Part shown: piece after piece, positions 15,652-24,596 of the stretch
How positions within the stretch are numbered: position 1 is the first letter of the stretch
Layout of the letters: the number at the start of each line of letters is the position of its first letter
Origin: Actinomycetota bacterium
GTDB taxonomy: Bacteria; Actinomycetota; Acidimicrobiia; Acidimicrobiales; Ilumatobacteraceae
Length of the DNA stretch: 64,000 nt
NCBI GenBank assembly: GCA_009704985.1
Contig: WLDE01000002.1
Span: forward strand, 1,560 to 65,559
Reading direction: 5' to 3'
Translations under genes and position numbers: made by a program
Notes under the pieces: model-generated
The model's database searches: none
What the model was told of the DNA's origin: nothing
The model's input: the letters and a program-made list of their open reading frames with translations, nothing else

Positions 15652-18338
15652 ACGCGCCGGCCGCCACTTCCGCCGCGGCACCGTCGTCGTGGCGGGTCGA
15701 CCACCTCGAGCTGCGGCTCGACCTCACGGCGGACGAGGTGCGGGTCACGTGTGCCTCGCACGTGCGCCGCACGGAGGGCGTGCCCCGCGGCCCGCTCGTG
15801 CTCGACGGTCGCAGCCTCACCACCCACGAGGTGGCCGTCGACGGTGAGCCGGTGGCGCTGGGCGCCGACGTGCTCGGCGAGCGCACCCTCAGCCTCGACC
15901 TCGCCGGCGACGCCCACGTCGTGCGCACCGTGGTCAGCGTGCGGCCGGGCACGATCGGCGACAAGGGCATCACGTCGAGGCCCACCCTGATCAGCACCAA
16001 CTGCGAGCCCGAGGGGTTCCGTCGCATCACGTGGTCGCTCGACCGTCCCGACCAGCGCGCCACCTACGACGTCACGCTGGTCGCCGACCGAGCCGCGTAC
16101 CCGGTGCTGCTCGCCAACGGCGACCTGGTGGAGCAGGTCGTCCTCGGCGACGGCCGTCACCTCGCCCGGCACGTCGACCCGATCCCGAAGCCGAGCTACC
16201 TGTTCGCCGTCGTCGCCGGCGATCTCGAGACGGTGTCCACCACGCACACCACGCGGAGCGGACGCTCGATCGAGCTGCGCATCGCCGCGCCGCGCGGCCT
16301 CACGGCCGGTGCCGGGTTCGGGCTGCGCACGATGGCCGAGGTCATCGCGTTCGACGAGGCGCAGGGCGGCATCGAACACGACCTCGACGTCCTCACGTTC
16401 GTCGCGATCCCGGGCTATCCGGACGCCACCGAGTACCACGGGCTGATGTTCTTCGACGCGTCGCTGCTGGTGGTCGACCCCGCCGGCTGGACCGACGACG
16501 ACCTGATGCTGATCCTGGCGAACATCGCCCACGAGTACGGCCACCACGTGCGTGGCAACCGAGTGACGGTGCGGTCGTGGGGTGAGCTCGCGATGAAGGA
16601 GGGCCTCACCGTCCTCACGGCCCAGAACGACGTGCGCCGGCACGTGTTCGGACCGGTCGCCCGGGTGCTCGACGTGGCCGACCTGCGGCGGCTGCAGTAC
16701 CCGGAGGAGGTGACGATCGGTGCCCCCGTGCTTCGCGGCGAGGTGGGCAACCCCGAGCAGCTCTACACCCGCACGACCTACCTGAAGGGCGCCGAGGTGT
16801 TCGGCATGCTCCGCACGCTCGTCGGCGCCGCCGCTTGGCGCAGCGCGTTCGACGCGTTCGTCGCCCGGCACGACCTCGGCGTCGCCGGGGTGGACGACGT
16901 CGTCACGGCGCTGCGCGACGAGCGCCCCGACCTCGGGGACGACGTCGACGCCGTCGCCCGGTGGTTCGGGCTCGCCGGCCGACCGGCGCTGTCGATCCGG
17001 TCCCGCCACAGCGGCCCCGACGCGACCGCCGCAGGGACGACCGCCGCAGGGACGACCGCCGCAGGGACGACCGCCGCAGGGACGACCGCCGCAGGGACGA
17101 CCGCCGCAGGGACGACGGAGGTGCGGATCACCCGGACCGACGCCCTCACCGACGACCCTCCCGTCGCGATTCCGGTGCGGCTCGGGTTCCGCCGGACGGA
17201 CGGCAGCCCCGCACCGGTGGAGGTGGACGGCGTCGTCGGCGCCGAGCACCTCGTGGTGGTGCGTGATCGGTCGCACACGGTGCACCTGCGTGCCGACGAC
17301 CTCGCTATCGCCCCGCTCCTCGGTTTCAGCGCGCCGGTCGACCTCGCGACCGACCACACCGCCGACGACCTGGCCGTGCTCGTCGCGGCGGAGGACGACG
17401 CGTTCGCCCGTTGGTGGGCGGCACAGGAGCTCATGATCCGCGCCGTCGACGCCTCACGCGCGGGCGATGCCGCCGGGCTGGACCGGAACGTCGATCTGCT
17501 CGCCGGCGCGCTGCGGCGCACGATCGCCGGCGACGTCGAGCCGATGCTCCTCGCCCAGCTGCTCGCCGTCCCGGACGAGTTCGTGCTGGGGGATCGCGAC
17601 ACGCCCATCGACGTCGACGGTGTCGCCGCCGGACTCGACGCGCTGCGCGGCCGCCTGGGCGCGGCGCTGCACGACGACCTGCTCGGTGTCCTCGATCGGT
17701 GGTCCGACGACGTCGTGGCCGGAACCGCGGCGGGGGACATCGCTCGCCGGTCGCTGGTCGAACCGTGCCTCGCGCTGTTGCTCGCCACCGGCACGGAGGA
17801 CGCGATCGCCACCGCTGAGGCGCAGCTGCGGCACGCCGACCACACCCGTGCCGTCCGGGCACTCGCCCAGCTGATGCACCTGCACGCGGTGCCGTCCGAG
17901 CGGGTCGACGGCTGGGTGGCGGACACCCACGCCCGCTGGGCCGAGGCACCCAAGCTGCTCGACCGCTGGCTGCGGGCGCAGAGCGGCGGTCGACGCCGCG
18001 ACACCATCGCCCGTGTGCGCAGCCTCCGCGACGGTCCGCTCTACGACCGGCACCAGCGCGGACGGGTGATGGGACTGTGGTTCCCCTTCGCCACCCGCAA
18101 CCGCAGCGTGTTCCACGATCCGAGCGGCGAGGGCTACCGGCTGTTCGTCGACGAGGTGATCGAGCTGATGCCGATCAACGCTGGTGTGGTGATCCGCTTG
18201 GTCGGCGACCTGCTGCAGTACCAGCGCTTCGACGACCACCGCCGGGCGCTGCTGCGCGACGAGCTCGAACGGATGGCCACCGCGCCGGGCATGCCCGACT
18301 TCGCGGTGGCCATCGTCCGAGGTCTGCTCTCGTCCTGA
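15648..18338 (+). CDS. pepN: Aminopeptidase N (M1 family) with degenerate GAMEN motif and an internal tandem repeat
   Basis: GTG 15648 overlaps the upstream stop (GTGA). HEYGHHVRGNRVTVRSWGELAMKEGLTV aligns with the E. coli PepN block [28 protein letters not shown]. The GAMEN position reads DATEY. Confidence 0.85.
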   Translation: MNAPAATSAAAPSSWRVDHLELRLDLTADEVRVTCASHVRRTEGVPRGPLVLDGRSLTTHEVAVDGEPVALGADVLGERTLSLDLAGDAHVVRTVVSVRPGTIGDKGITSRPTLISTNCEPEGFRRITWSLDRPDQRATYDVTLVADRAAYPVLLANGDLVEQVVLGDGRHLARHVDPIPKPSYLFAVVAGDLETVSTTHTTRSGRSIELRIAAPRGLTAGAGFGLRTMAEVIAFDEAQGGIEHDLDVLTFVAIPGYPDATEYHGLMFFDASLLVVDPAGWTDDDLMLILANIAHEYGHHVRGNRVTVRSWGELAMKEGLTVLTAQNDVRRHVFGPVARVLDVADLRRLQYPEEVTIGAPVLRGEVGNPEQLYTRTTYLKGAEVFGMLRTLVGAAAWRSAFDAFVARHDLGVAGVDDVVTALRDERPDLGDDVDAVARWFGLAGRPALSIRSRHSGPDATAAGTTAAGTTAAGTTAAGTTAAGTTAAGTTEVRITRTDALTDDPPVAIPVRLGFRRTDGSPAPVEVDGVVGAEHLVVVRDRSHTVHLRADDLAIAPLLGFSAPVDLATDHTADDLAVLVAAEDDAFARWWAAQELMIRAVDASRAGDAAGLDRNVDLLAGALRRTIAGDVEPMLLAQLLAVPDEFVLGDRDTPIDVDGVAAGLDALRGRLGAALHDDLLGVLDRWSDDVVAGTAAGDIARRSLVEPCLALLLATGTEDAIATAEAQLRHADHTRAVRALAQLMHLHAVPSERVDGWVADTHARWAEAPKLLDRWLRAQSGGRRRDTIARVRSLRDGPLYDRHQRGRVMGLWFPFATRNRSVFHDPSGEGYRLFVDEVIELMPINAGVVIRLVGDLLQYQRFDDHRRALLRDELERMATAPGMPDFAVAIVRGLLSS
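17024..17113 (+). repeat. Six perfect tandem copies of a 15-nt unit GACCGCCGCAGGGAC inside pepN
   Basis: Read directly. In frame, encoding (TAAGT)x6. Confidence 0.95.
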
Positions 18339-18340
18339 CC

Positions 18341-18358
18341 GGCTCCGCGAACGGAGCC
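18341..18358. terminator. Hairpin between convergent pepN and PhyH genes (GGCTCCG-cgaa-CGGAGCC)
   Basis: 7-bp perfect stem with a 4-nt loop in the 25-nt gap between the stops. No U tract. Confidence 0.4.
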
Positions 18359-18363
18359 GCCGG

Positions 18364-19155
18364 TCACGCCCGGCCGTACGTGACGTTCTGCCACGCGTCG
18401 AGGCCGAGCCGGTAGCGCAGGGTGGGCGAGCAGTGCTCCTGCACCGCGGCGGACAGCGCCACGCTGTGGTTGAACTGCGGTCGCACGAACGGACGGCAGT
18501 AGAAGGCGAACGCGAGCGCCCGATCCTCGCCGGCGGTGGTGTTGCGGCCCGAGGTGTGCCACACCCGCCCGTCCATCGCGACGATCGAGCCGGCGGGCGC
18601 CTCGAACGGCACCATCCGCTCGGCCAGGTCGGCCGGCACGTCGTCGCGCGTGGCGATGCGGTGGCTGCCCGGGACGTGCAGGGTGGCCCCGTTCTCGAAC
18701 CGCACGTCGGTGAGGCACCAGATCACGTTCATCGTGCAGGGTTCGGTCCAGGGCGCCGGCATCACGAGCGACTGGTCGGAGTGCACCGACATCGACCCGC
18801 TGCCCGGGCGGGCGATGTTCGCCGTGAAGTTCGAGACGATGAAGTCGGGTCCGAGGAGCGCCGACGCCAGTGCCACGGCGGCCGGGTGCTCGATCAGTTC
18901 GACGAACACCGGGTCGAGGTCGAGCAGGTTCCACACCCGGACGTTCGCCGGGTTCGGGTCGAGCGCCTCGGCCCGCGTGGACACGCCACGCCGCTCGCTC
19001 TCGGCGGCCGCCTCCCAGAGCCGGGCCAGTGCGACGGCGGCCTCGGCGGCCGGGATCACGTCCTCGACCACCGCCGTGCCGGACGTCACGAGCCGGTCGA
19101 GCGCCCGGTCGAGCCGCACCGGGTCCAGCGGTGTCGCGGTGATGGTGCTGGTCAT
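18364..19155 (-). CDS. Phytanoyl-CoA dioxygenase (PhyH) family Fe(II)/2-oxoglutarate oxygenase
   Basis: ATG 19155 (MTSTI) is preceded by AGGAGG. HxD appears as SVHSDQS, the distal His as GRVWHTSGRN. PhyH-like overall pattern. Confidence 0.75.
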   Translation of the reverse strand: MTSTITATPLDPVRLDRALDRLVTSGTAVVEDVIPAAEAAVALARLWEAAAESERRGVSTRAEALDPNPANVRVWNLLDLDPVFVELIEHPAAVALASALLGPDFIVSNFTANIARPGSGSMSVHSDQSLVMPAPWTEPCTMNVIWCLTDVRFENGATLHVPGSHRIATRDDVPADLAERMVPFEAPAGSIVAMDGRVWHTSGRNTTAGEDRALAFAFYCRPFVRPQFNHSVALSAAVQEHCSPTLRYRLGLDAWQNVTYGRA

Positions 19156-19283
19156 CGGCCCCTCCTGCCCGGCTGACGGGCGGCGCACGCCCCCTCGCCG
19201 TCCTCACGGCGCACTGTAGGACGACGACCGCACCCTCCCGGGAGCTGTGCCTCGCCCCGGCGGAGGTCGTAGAGTGCGGCCTG

Positions 19284-19853
19284 ATGGAGACGAGGAACGC
19301 CCCGCCCGCGACCACCGACGCCGTGGTGTCAGCGGCCAGCGAGGCGACGACCGACGCCCCGGTGTCCGCCGACGGCGAGGCGACCGCGGCGAAGTGCCCC
19401 ATCGACCACACGATGTTCGCCCGGGCCGGCATCGGCTGCCCGGTGCCCCACGGTGCCACCTCCGACGCCGGCACCCGTACGCCTGCCGCCGAGCGGTCGC
19501 GGGCCGACGTCATCGCCCGCAAGATCCTCCGCATCCGCGAGCGTCCCGAGGGCGTCACCAACGCACAGGCCTACTCCGCGTTCCAGAAGTCGATGTTCAT
19601 CTCGGCCACGCGGTGCCTGCTCACGTACATCGTCTTCCCGTTCGTGCTCCCCGCCGTCGGGTTCGCCACCGGCGTCGGCCCGGTGCTCGGCATCGCGATC
19701 GGCTCCATCGCCATCGTGTGCGACGTGTTCGCCGTCCGCCGGTTCCACGCGGTCGAGCACCGGTACCGCTGGCACTTCACCGCTGTCGCCGCACTGGTGA
19801 TCGGCCTGCTCGCCTACCTGCTCGTCGAGGACTGGGTCAACCTCCTCACCTGA
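19284..19853 (+). CDS. Membrane protein of unknown function (soluble Cys/His-containing N-terminus plus about 3 TM helices)
   Basis: 189-aa ORF with hydrophobic segments (CLLTYIVFPFVLPAVGF, VLGIAIGSIAIVC, AVAALVIGLLAYLL). No family recognised. Confidence 0.55.
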   Translation: METRNAPPATTDAVVSAASEATTDAPVSADGEATAAKCPIDHTMFARAGIGCPVPHGATSDAGTRTPAAERSRADVIARKILRIRERPEGVTNAQAYSAFQKSMFISATRCLLTYIVFPFVLPAVGFATGVGPVLGIAIGSIAIVCDVFAVRRFHAVEHRYRWHFTAVAALVIGLLAYLLVEDWVNLLT

Positions 19854-19920
19854 TCCGGCGCCCGCCGCACCTCGAGCGGTCCGGCATCCCGGGACCGCAC
19901 GCTCGTCGTCCGCCCGTCGG

Positions 19921-19968
19921 CAGCCGGTCGTCAGCCGGTCGTCAGCCGGTCGTCAGCCGGTCGTCAGC
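19921..19968. repeat. Intergenic 11-nt tandem repeat CAGCCGGTCGT x4 plus a partial unit
   Basis: Read directly. On the minus strand each unit carries a TGA, and the last one is the stop codon of the LysM gene. Confidence 0.9.
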
Positions 19969-20593
19969 AGGGGACGTTGATCGTGAGCCCGAGGATGAAC
20001 CCGGCGTAGCCGTTCGTGTCGGCGTTCACCGCGTCCAGCTTCGCCACCGTCGTGTCGAGCTTCTGCGCGACCACCGTCGGGTTGTCGCCCTCCATGATCA
20101 CGTAGACGCCGCACACCCCGTCCTCGGGCTCGGCGGTCGTCTCGGTGGCCCCGTCGCCGGCGGTGGCCGTCGTGTCGGTGACGGGCGCCGGCACCGTCGC
20201 GCCGGCCGGGATGCGGATCACCGAACCCGGCAGCGGGAACGCCGGGACCTGTTGGTCGACGAGCTCCCACCCGTTCTCGTCGAGCAGTGCCTGGAGCGGG
20301 ATCAGGTAGCGGTCGGCGATCGTGGAGGGGAAGTCGCCCTGCTGGATCACGTAGTCGATCGGCGCGGTGAGCACCGCGCCCGGCGTGGTGTCAACGGTGG
20401 TGCTCGGCGGTGCGGTGGGCGCCGACGTGGTGGCCGTCGTCGCGCTCGTGGGCGTCGTGGTGTCCGTCGCCGTGTCGTCGCCGTCCCCACCGCACGCTGC
20501 ACCGACGAGTGTCGTCGCGACGAGGCAGGCCAGCCACGTGGTGCGGACGGCGGTCGGGCGGGTGCGGCGCATCGCGAGAACGTACCGCGCCAC
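19964..20593 (-). CDS. LysM-domain lipoprotein (two LysM repeats)
   Basis: Lipobox LVGAAC, a Thr-rich linker and two LysM-like blocks (YVIQQGDFPSTIADRY..., YVIMEGDNPTVVAQKL...). An alternative start ATG is at 20572. Confidence 0.75.
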   Translation of the reverse strand: MARYVLAMRRTRPTAVRTTWLACLVATTLVGAACGGDGDDTATDTTTPTSATTATTSAPTAPPSTTVDTTPGAVLTAPIDYVIQQGDFPSTIADRYLIPLQALLDENGWELVDQQVPAFPLPGSVIRIPAGATVPAPVTDTTATAGDGATETTAEPEDGVCGVYVIMEGDNPTVVAQKLDTTVAKLDAVNADTNGYAGFILGLTINVPC

Positions 20594-20697
20594 CGCATCC
20601 GGGTTGCGCCACGGTGCGCGCGAACCGATCGAGCCCGGCCCCGTGTCACGTCGTCGCGCGCCACGCTCGGGCCGGCGCGGTCGGTACCGTTCGATCC

Positions 20698-21159
20698 ATG
20701 GACGAGCAGCTGCCGCCCGCCCCGTCCGCGGTCCGCGCGGCGACCAAGGGTGCCCGGGTGTCGCGCTCGCGGGTGGCCCGCACCGCTTGGATGAGCGCCG
20801 GCTTCATGGCGGTGGGTGTCGGCTCGGTCGGGGTGGTGGTGCCGGGTCTGCCGACCACCGGGTTCTTCGTGCTCGCGGCGTGGTGCTTCAGCCGGTCGAG
20901 CCCACGGTTCGAGCAGTGGGTGCTCGACCTGCCCCACATCGGTCCGATGGTGCGCGACCACCGCGCCGGGCTCGGCATGCCACAGCGCGCGAAGGTGCTC
21001 GCGATCTCGATGATGTGGGCCGCGGTGGCGCTGAGCGCCTGGTTGCTGCGTGAGCGGTGGCCGATCGCCGTCGCAGTCGTCGGCCTCGCGGTCGTCGGCA
21101 CCTGGTACCTCACGCGGCGCATCCCCACGAAGCGCTCGGACCCGGCGGAATCCCGCTGA
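20698..21159 (+). CDS. DUF454 (YbaN-like) inner-membrane protein
   Basis: ATG 20698. Motif GVVVPGLPTTGFFVLAAWCFSRSSPRF is typical of YbaN-like proteins. Confidence 0.7.
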   Translation: MDEQLPPAPSAVRAATKGARVSRSRVARTAWMSAGFMAVGVGSVGVVVPGLPTTGFFVLAAWCFSRSSPRFEQWVLDLPHIGPMVRDHRAGLGMPQRAKVLAISMMWAAVALSAWLLRERWPIAVAVVGLAVVGTWYLTRRIPTKRSDPAESR

Positions 21160-21189
21160 CCGGCGGCGGCGGCACTACCGTCGGCCGCC

Positions 21190-21990
21190 ATGGACATCCA
21201 GTCGCTCTTCTCCGTCTCCGGCAAGGTCGCGCTCGTCACGGGCGGCTCGCGAGGCATCGGCGAGATGATCGCCGCCGGCTACCTCGCCAACGGGGCGAAG
21301 GTGTACATCAGCTCGCGCAAGGCCGACCAGTGCGACGCGACGGCCGCGCGGCTCTCCGACACCTACGGCGGTGAGTGCGTGTCGCTGCCCGCCAACCTCG
21401 CCGAGCTCGCCGGCATCGACGCGCTCACCGCCCAGCTGCGCGAGCGCGAATCGCACCTCGACATCCTCGTCAACAACGCGGGCGTGTCGTGGGGTGCGCC
21501 GCTCGACGAGTTCCCCGAGGTCGGCTGGGACAAGGTCTTCGACACCAACGTGAAGGGCGTGTTCTTCCTCACCCAGCGCCTCCTGCCGCTGCTCGAGGCA
21601 CGTGCCACCCGCGACGACCCGTCGCGCGTGATCAACATCGGGTCGATCGACGGGCTCCGCACCCCGATCTTCGACACCCACTCCTACGGACCGTCCAAGG
21701 CAGCGGTGCACGCACTCACCAGCCAGATGGCGGCCAAGCTCGTGAAGCGCAACATCATCGTGAACGCGATCGCCCCCGGACCGTTCCCGACCTGGATGCT
21801 GAGCACCGGCGTCGGCACGGGCGGCGACGTCGAGGGCACCGACTGGAGCCTCGTCGGCGCCCGCAACCCGCGGGGCCGGATCGGCACGCCCGAGGACATC
21901 GCCGGCCTCGCGATCTTCCTCTCCTCGCGCGCCGGTGCGTTCACCGTCGGGGAGGTCATCACGTGTGACGGCGGTGTCGTCGTCTCGTGA
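21190..21990 (+). CDS. SDR family oxidoreductase
   Basis: TGGSRGIG cofactor motif, NNAG, and the S...YGPSK catalytic triad. Confidence 0.85.
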   Translation: MDIQSLFSVSGKVALVTGGSRGIGEMIAAGYLANGAKVYISSRKADQCDATAARLSDTYGGECVSLPANLAELAGIDALTAQLRERESHLDILVNNAGVSWGAPLDEFPEVGWDKVFDTNVKGVFFLTQRLLPLLEARATRDDPSRVINIGSIDGLRTPIFDTHSYGPSKAAVHALTSQMAAKLVKRNIIVNAIAPGPFPTWMLSTGVGTGGDVEGTDWSLVGARNPRGRIGTPEDIAGLAIFLSSRAGAFTVGEVITCDGGVVVS

Positions 21991-22760
21991 CGTTCTGGGA
22001 CGCCGTCGTCATCCTCCTCGCCGGCATCGGTGCCGGCACGATCAACACCGTCGTCGGCTCGGGGTCGCTCATCACGTTCCCGACGTTGGTCGCGCTCGGC
22101 TACCCCCCGCTGGTCGCCAACGTGTCGAACAACATCGGCCTCGTGCCGGGCTCGCTCTCGGGGGCCTACGGCTACCGCCGTGAGCTCGCCGGGCAGCGGC
22201 CGCGGCTGCTGCGGCTGATCCCGGCCTCGGTGCTCGGCTCGCTCACGGGCTCGACGCTGCTCCTGCTGCTGCCGAGCGAGGTGTTCGACAGCGTGGTCGT
22301 GGTGCTGATCGCGATCGCGCTGGTGCTGGTCGTGACGCAGCCGGTGATCTCCAGGCGGCTGGCCGCCCGCCGCCAGAGCGGGGCGTCGGCCCACGAGCAT
22401 CTGCACCGCGACGTCACCCCGCCGGTCGTGCTCCTCGTCGGCCTCGCCGGCGTGTACGGCGGCTACTTCGGGGCGGCGCAGGGGATCATCCTGATCGCGA
22501 TCCTCGGCATCTTCGTCGACGACGGACTGCAGCGGCTCAACGGCGCGAAGAACGTGTTGGCGCTCACCGTGAACGCGGTGGCGTCGGTGGTGTTCGTGCT
22601 CACCACCGAGGTCGACTGGGCGGTCGTCGCGATGATCGCGATCGGGTCGACCATCGGCGGCCAGGTGGGCGCCAAGGTCGGCCGGCGCCTCGACCCACGC
22701 CTGCTGCGGACCGTGATCGTGTGCGTCGGGCTCGTCGCGCTGGTGCGCCTGCTCAGCTGA
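21987..22760 (+). CDS. TauE/SafE family sulfite/anion exporter-like membrane protein
   Basis: GTG 21987 overlaps the SDR stop (GTGA). Polytopic protein with GAGTINTVVGSGS... and GGYFGAAQGI motifs. Confidence 0.75.
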   Translation: MTFWDAVVILLAGIGAGTINTVVGSGSLITFPTLVALGYPPLVANVSNNIGLVPGSLSGAYGYRRELAGQRPRLLRLIPASVLGSLTGSTLLLLLPSEVFDSVVVVLIAIALVLVVTQPVISRRLAARRQSGASAHEHLHRDVTPPVVLLVGLAGVYGGYFGAAQGIILIAILGIFVDDGLQRLNGAKNVLALTVNAVASVVFVLTTEVDWAVVAMIAIGSTIGGQVGAKVGRRLDPRLLRTVIVCVGLVALVRLLS

Positions 22761-22770
22761 TCGCCGGCCC

Positions 22771-23421
22771 TCAGGCCCGGGCGTCCGGCGTGGCGATGAT
22801 CCCGCGCTGCATCGCGACGGTGACCGCTGCGGTCCGGTCGTCGACACCGAGCTTGGCGAACACTCGCAGCAGGTGGGTCTTCACCGTCGCCTCACCGATG
22901 TACAGCGCCCGGCCGATCTCCGCGTTCGTGAGACCGCGAGCCACCTGTTCGAGCACCTCGACCTCCCGGGGCGTGAGGGCGTCCGGTCCGGGGGAGCGCA
23001 TGCGAGTGACGAGCTTGGCGGCGACCGTCGGTGCCAGCACGGTCTCGCCGCGAGCGGTGGATCGGATCGCGTCGAACAGCTGCGCCGAGGGCGTGTCCTT
23101 CAGCACGTAGCCCGTGGCGCCGGCCTCGACGGCCCGCACGATGTCGGCGTCGGAGTCGTAGGTGGTGAGCACGAGCACGCGCACCGACGGCGCGGTGCGT
23201 GCGACCTCTGCGGTGAGCGCGACCCCGTCGAGCACCGGCATCCGCAGGTCGGTGAGCAACACGTCGGGCTGCAGGTCGCGCACGAGGCGGGCTGCCACCA
23301 CGCCGTCGCCCGCCTCGCCCACCACCTCGAAGTCGGCGTGTGCGGCGAGCATCGCGGCGAGGCCCTCGCGCACGACGGGGTGGTCGTCGGCGAGCACGAT
23401 CCGCAGCGGCGGGGAGGTCAC
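22771..23421 (-). CDS. Response regulator, NarL/LuxR family
   Basis: GTG 23421 overlaps the kinase stop (GTGA). REC domain (ADDHPVV, LLTDLRMP) plus LuxR HTH (LTPREVEVLEQVARGLTNAEIG). Confidence 0.9.
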   Translation of the reverse strand: MTSPPLRIVLADDHPVVREGLAAMLAAHADFEVVGEAGDGVVAARLVRDLQPDVLLTDLRMPVLDGVALTAEVARTAPSVRVLVLTTYDSDADIVRAVEAGATGYVLKDTPSAQLFDAIRSTARGETVLAPTVAAKLVTRMRSPGPDALTPREVEVLEQVARGLTNAEIGRALYIGEATVKTHLLRVFAKLGVDDRTAAVTVAMQRGIIATPDARA

Positions 23422-24596
23422 GGCACCCGAACCTCCACCGTCGTGCCACCGCCCGGCGTCGAGCGGACGTCGAACGCGCCCTGCACCTCGTCGAGCCGGT
23501 CGCGCAGGCCGCGGAGCCCGAACCCGCCGTCGACGGTCTCCGGGTCGAACCCGCAGCCGTCGTCGGTGACGGCGAGCGTGACCGGGTCGTCGTAGCGGAG
23601 GCGCACCTCCACCGTGGTGGCTCCCGCGTGCTTGCGGATGTTGGTGAGCGCCTCCTGCGTCGCTCGCAGCAGCGCGACCTCCTCGGTGCGGTCGAGCGAC
23701 CGCGGCGTACCGACCACGTCGAGCGTGGCGCGCAGGCCGGTGTCGTCGCGGAAGCCGTCGACCACCCGCCGTATCGCGTCGACCAGGGTGCGACCGTCGA
23801 GCACCGCGGGCTGGAGCGCGGCCACCAGTCGCCGGGCCTCGGCGAGGTTGTCGCGCGCCACCTGCTCCACCCGCTCGTGGCGGCCCGCCTGGCACAGCAT
23901 CACGATCGAGGTGAACCCCTGTGCCAGCGTGTCGTGGATCTCCCGGGCCAGGCGTTCGCGTTCGGCGAGCACACCGGCTTCGCGCTGGGCGGTCGCGAGG
24001 TGCGCCTGCGCCGCGCGGAGTTCGGTGATCAGCTGGCTGCGCTGGCGGCTCTGGTCGATGACGACCCGGAGGTAGAGCGCGAACGCGAACCCCATGCCGA
24101 AGCTGACCGCGCCCTGCGCCGCCGACGACGCCCAGCTCGATCCCCAGTGTTCGTTGGCGAGGACCATCACCCCGGTGAGGCCCAGTGCCGGCAGGGCGCC
24201 CCACGGCAGGTCGACGGTCGACCAGAAGAGCCAGTAGAGGCCGAACAGGGCCACGAAGTACGACGGGCTCGACATCACCGCGAGGAACCAGAGACCGGCG
24301 AGGCCGGCGAGCACCGGCAGCCACCAGCGCAGGTACCGCAGGTCCTCGAGGTCGTCGGCCACCGCGTCGATCGGCTGCGGACCGATCTCCCGCTCCAGCG
24401 CGAGCACCGCCAGCCAGGTGGCGACCGAGAGCGCGATCCCCCAGGGCAGGGTGCTCGTCAGCGGTCGCTCGTCGAACGCTGCGATCACGACGGCGAGCAG
24501 GCACACGCCGACGATGACCCTGCCCGCCCACGGGTTCGCCCGGTCCCAGGCGTCGGCCTCCGGGGCGGCGACGCCGCGGTTCGGCGTGCGTGTCAC
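23418..24596 (-). CDS. Sensor histidine kinase, HisKA_3 (NarX/DesK-like) with multi-TM N-terminus
   Basis: H-box LAREIHDTLAQ, N-box QEALTNIRKHA, G-boxes VTDDGCGF and GFGLRGLRDR. GTG 24596 overlaps the upstream stop (GTGA); the start is less certain than the body. Confidence 0.85.
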   Translation of the reverse strand: MTRTPNRGVAAPEADAWDRANPWAGRVIVGVCLLAVVIAAFDERPLTSTLPWGIALSVATWLAVLALEREIGPQPIDAVADDLEDLRYLRWWLPVLAGLAGLWFLAVMSSPSYFVALFGLYWLFWSTVDLPWGALPALGLTGVMVLANEHWGSSWASSAAQGAVSFGMGFAFALYLRVVIDQSRQRSQLITELRAAQAHLATAQREAGVLAERERLAREIHDTLAQGFTSIVMLCQAGRHERVEQVARDNLAEARRLVAALQPAVLDGRTLVDAIRRVVDGFRDDTGLRATLDVVGTPRSLDRTEEVALLRATQEALTNIRKHAGATTVEVRLRYDDPVTLAVTDDGCGFDPETVDGGFGLRGLRDRLDEVQGAFDVRSTPGGGTTVEVRVP

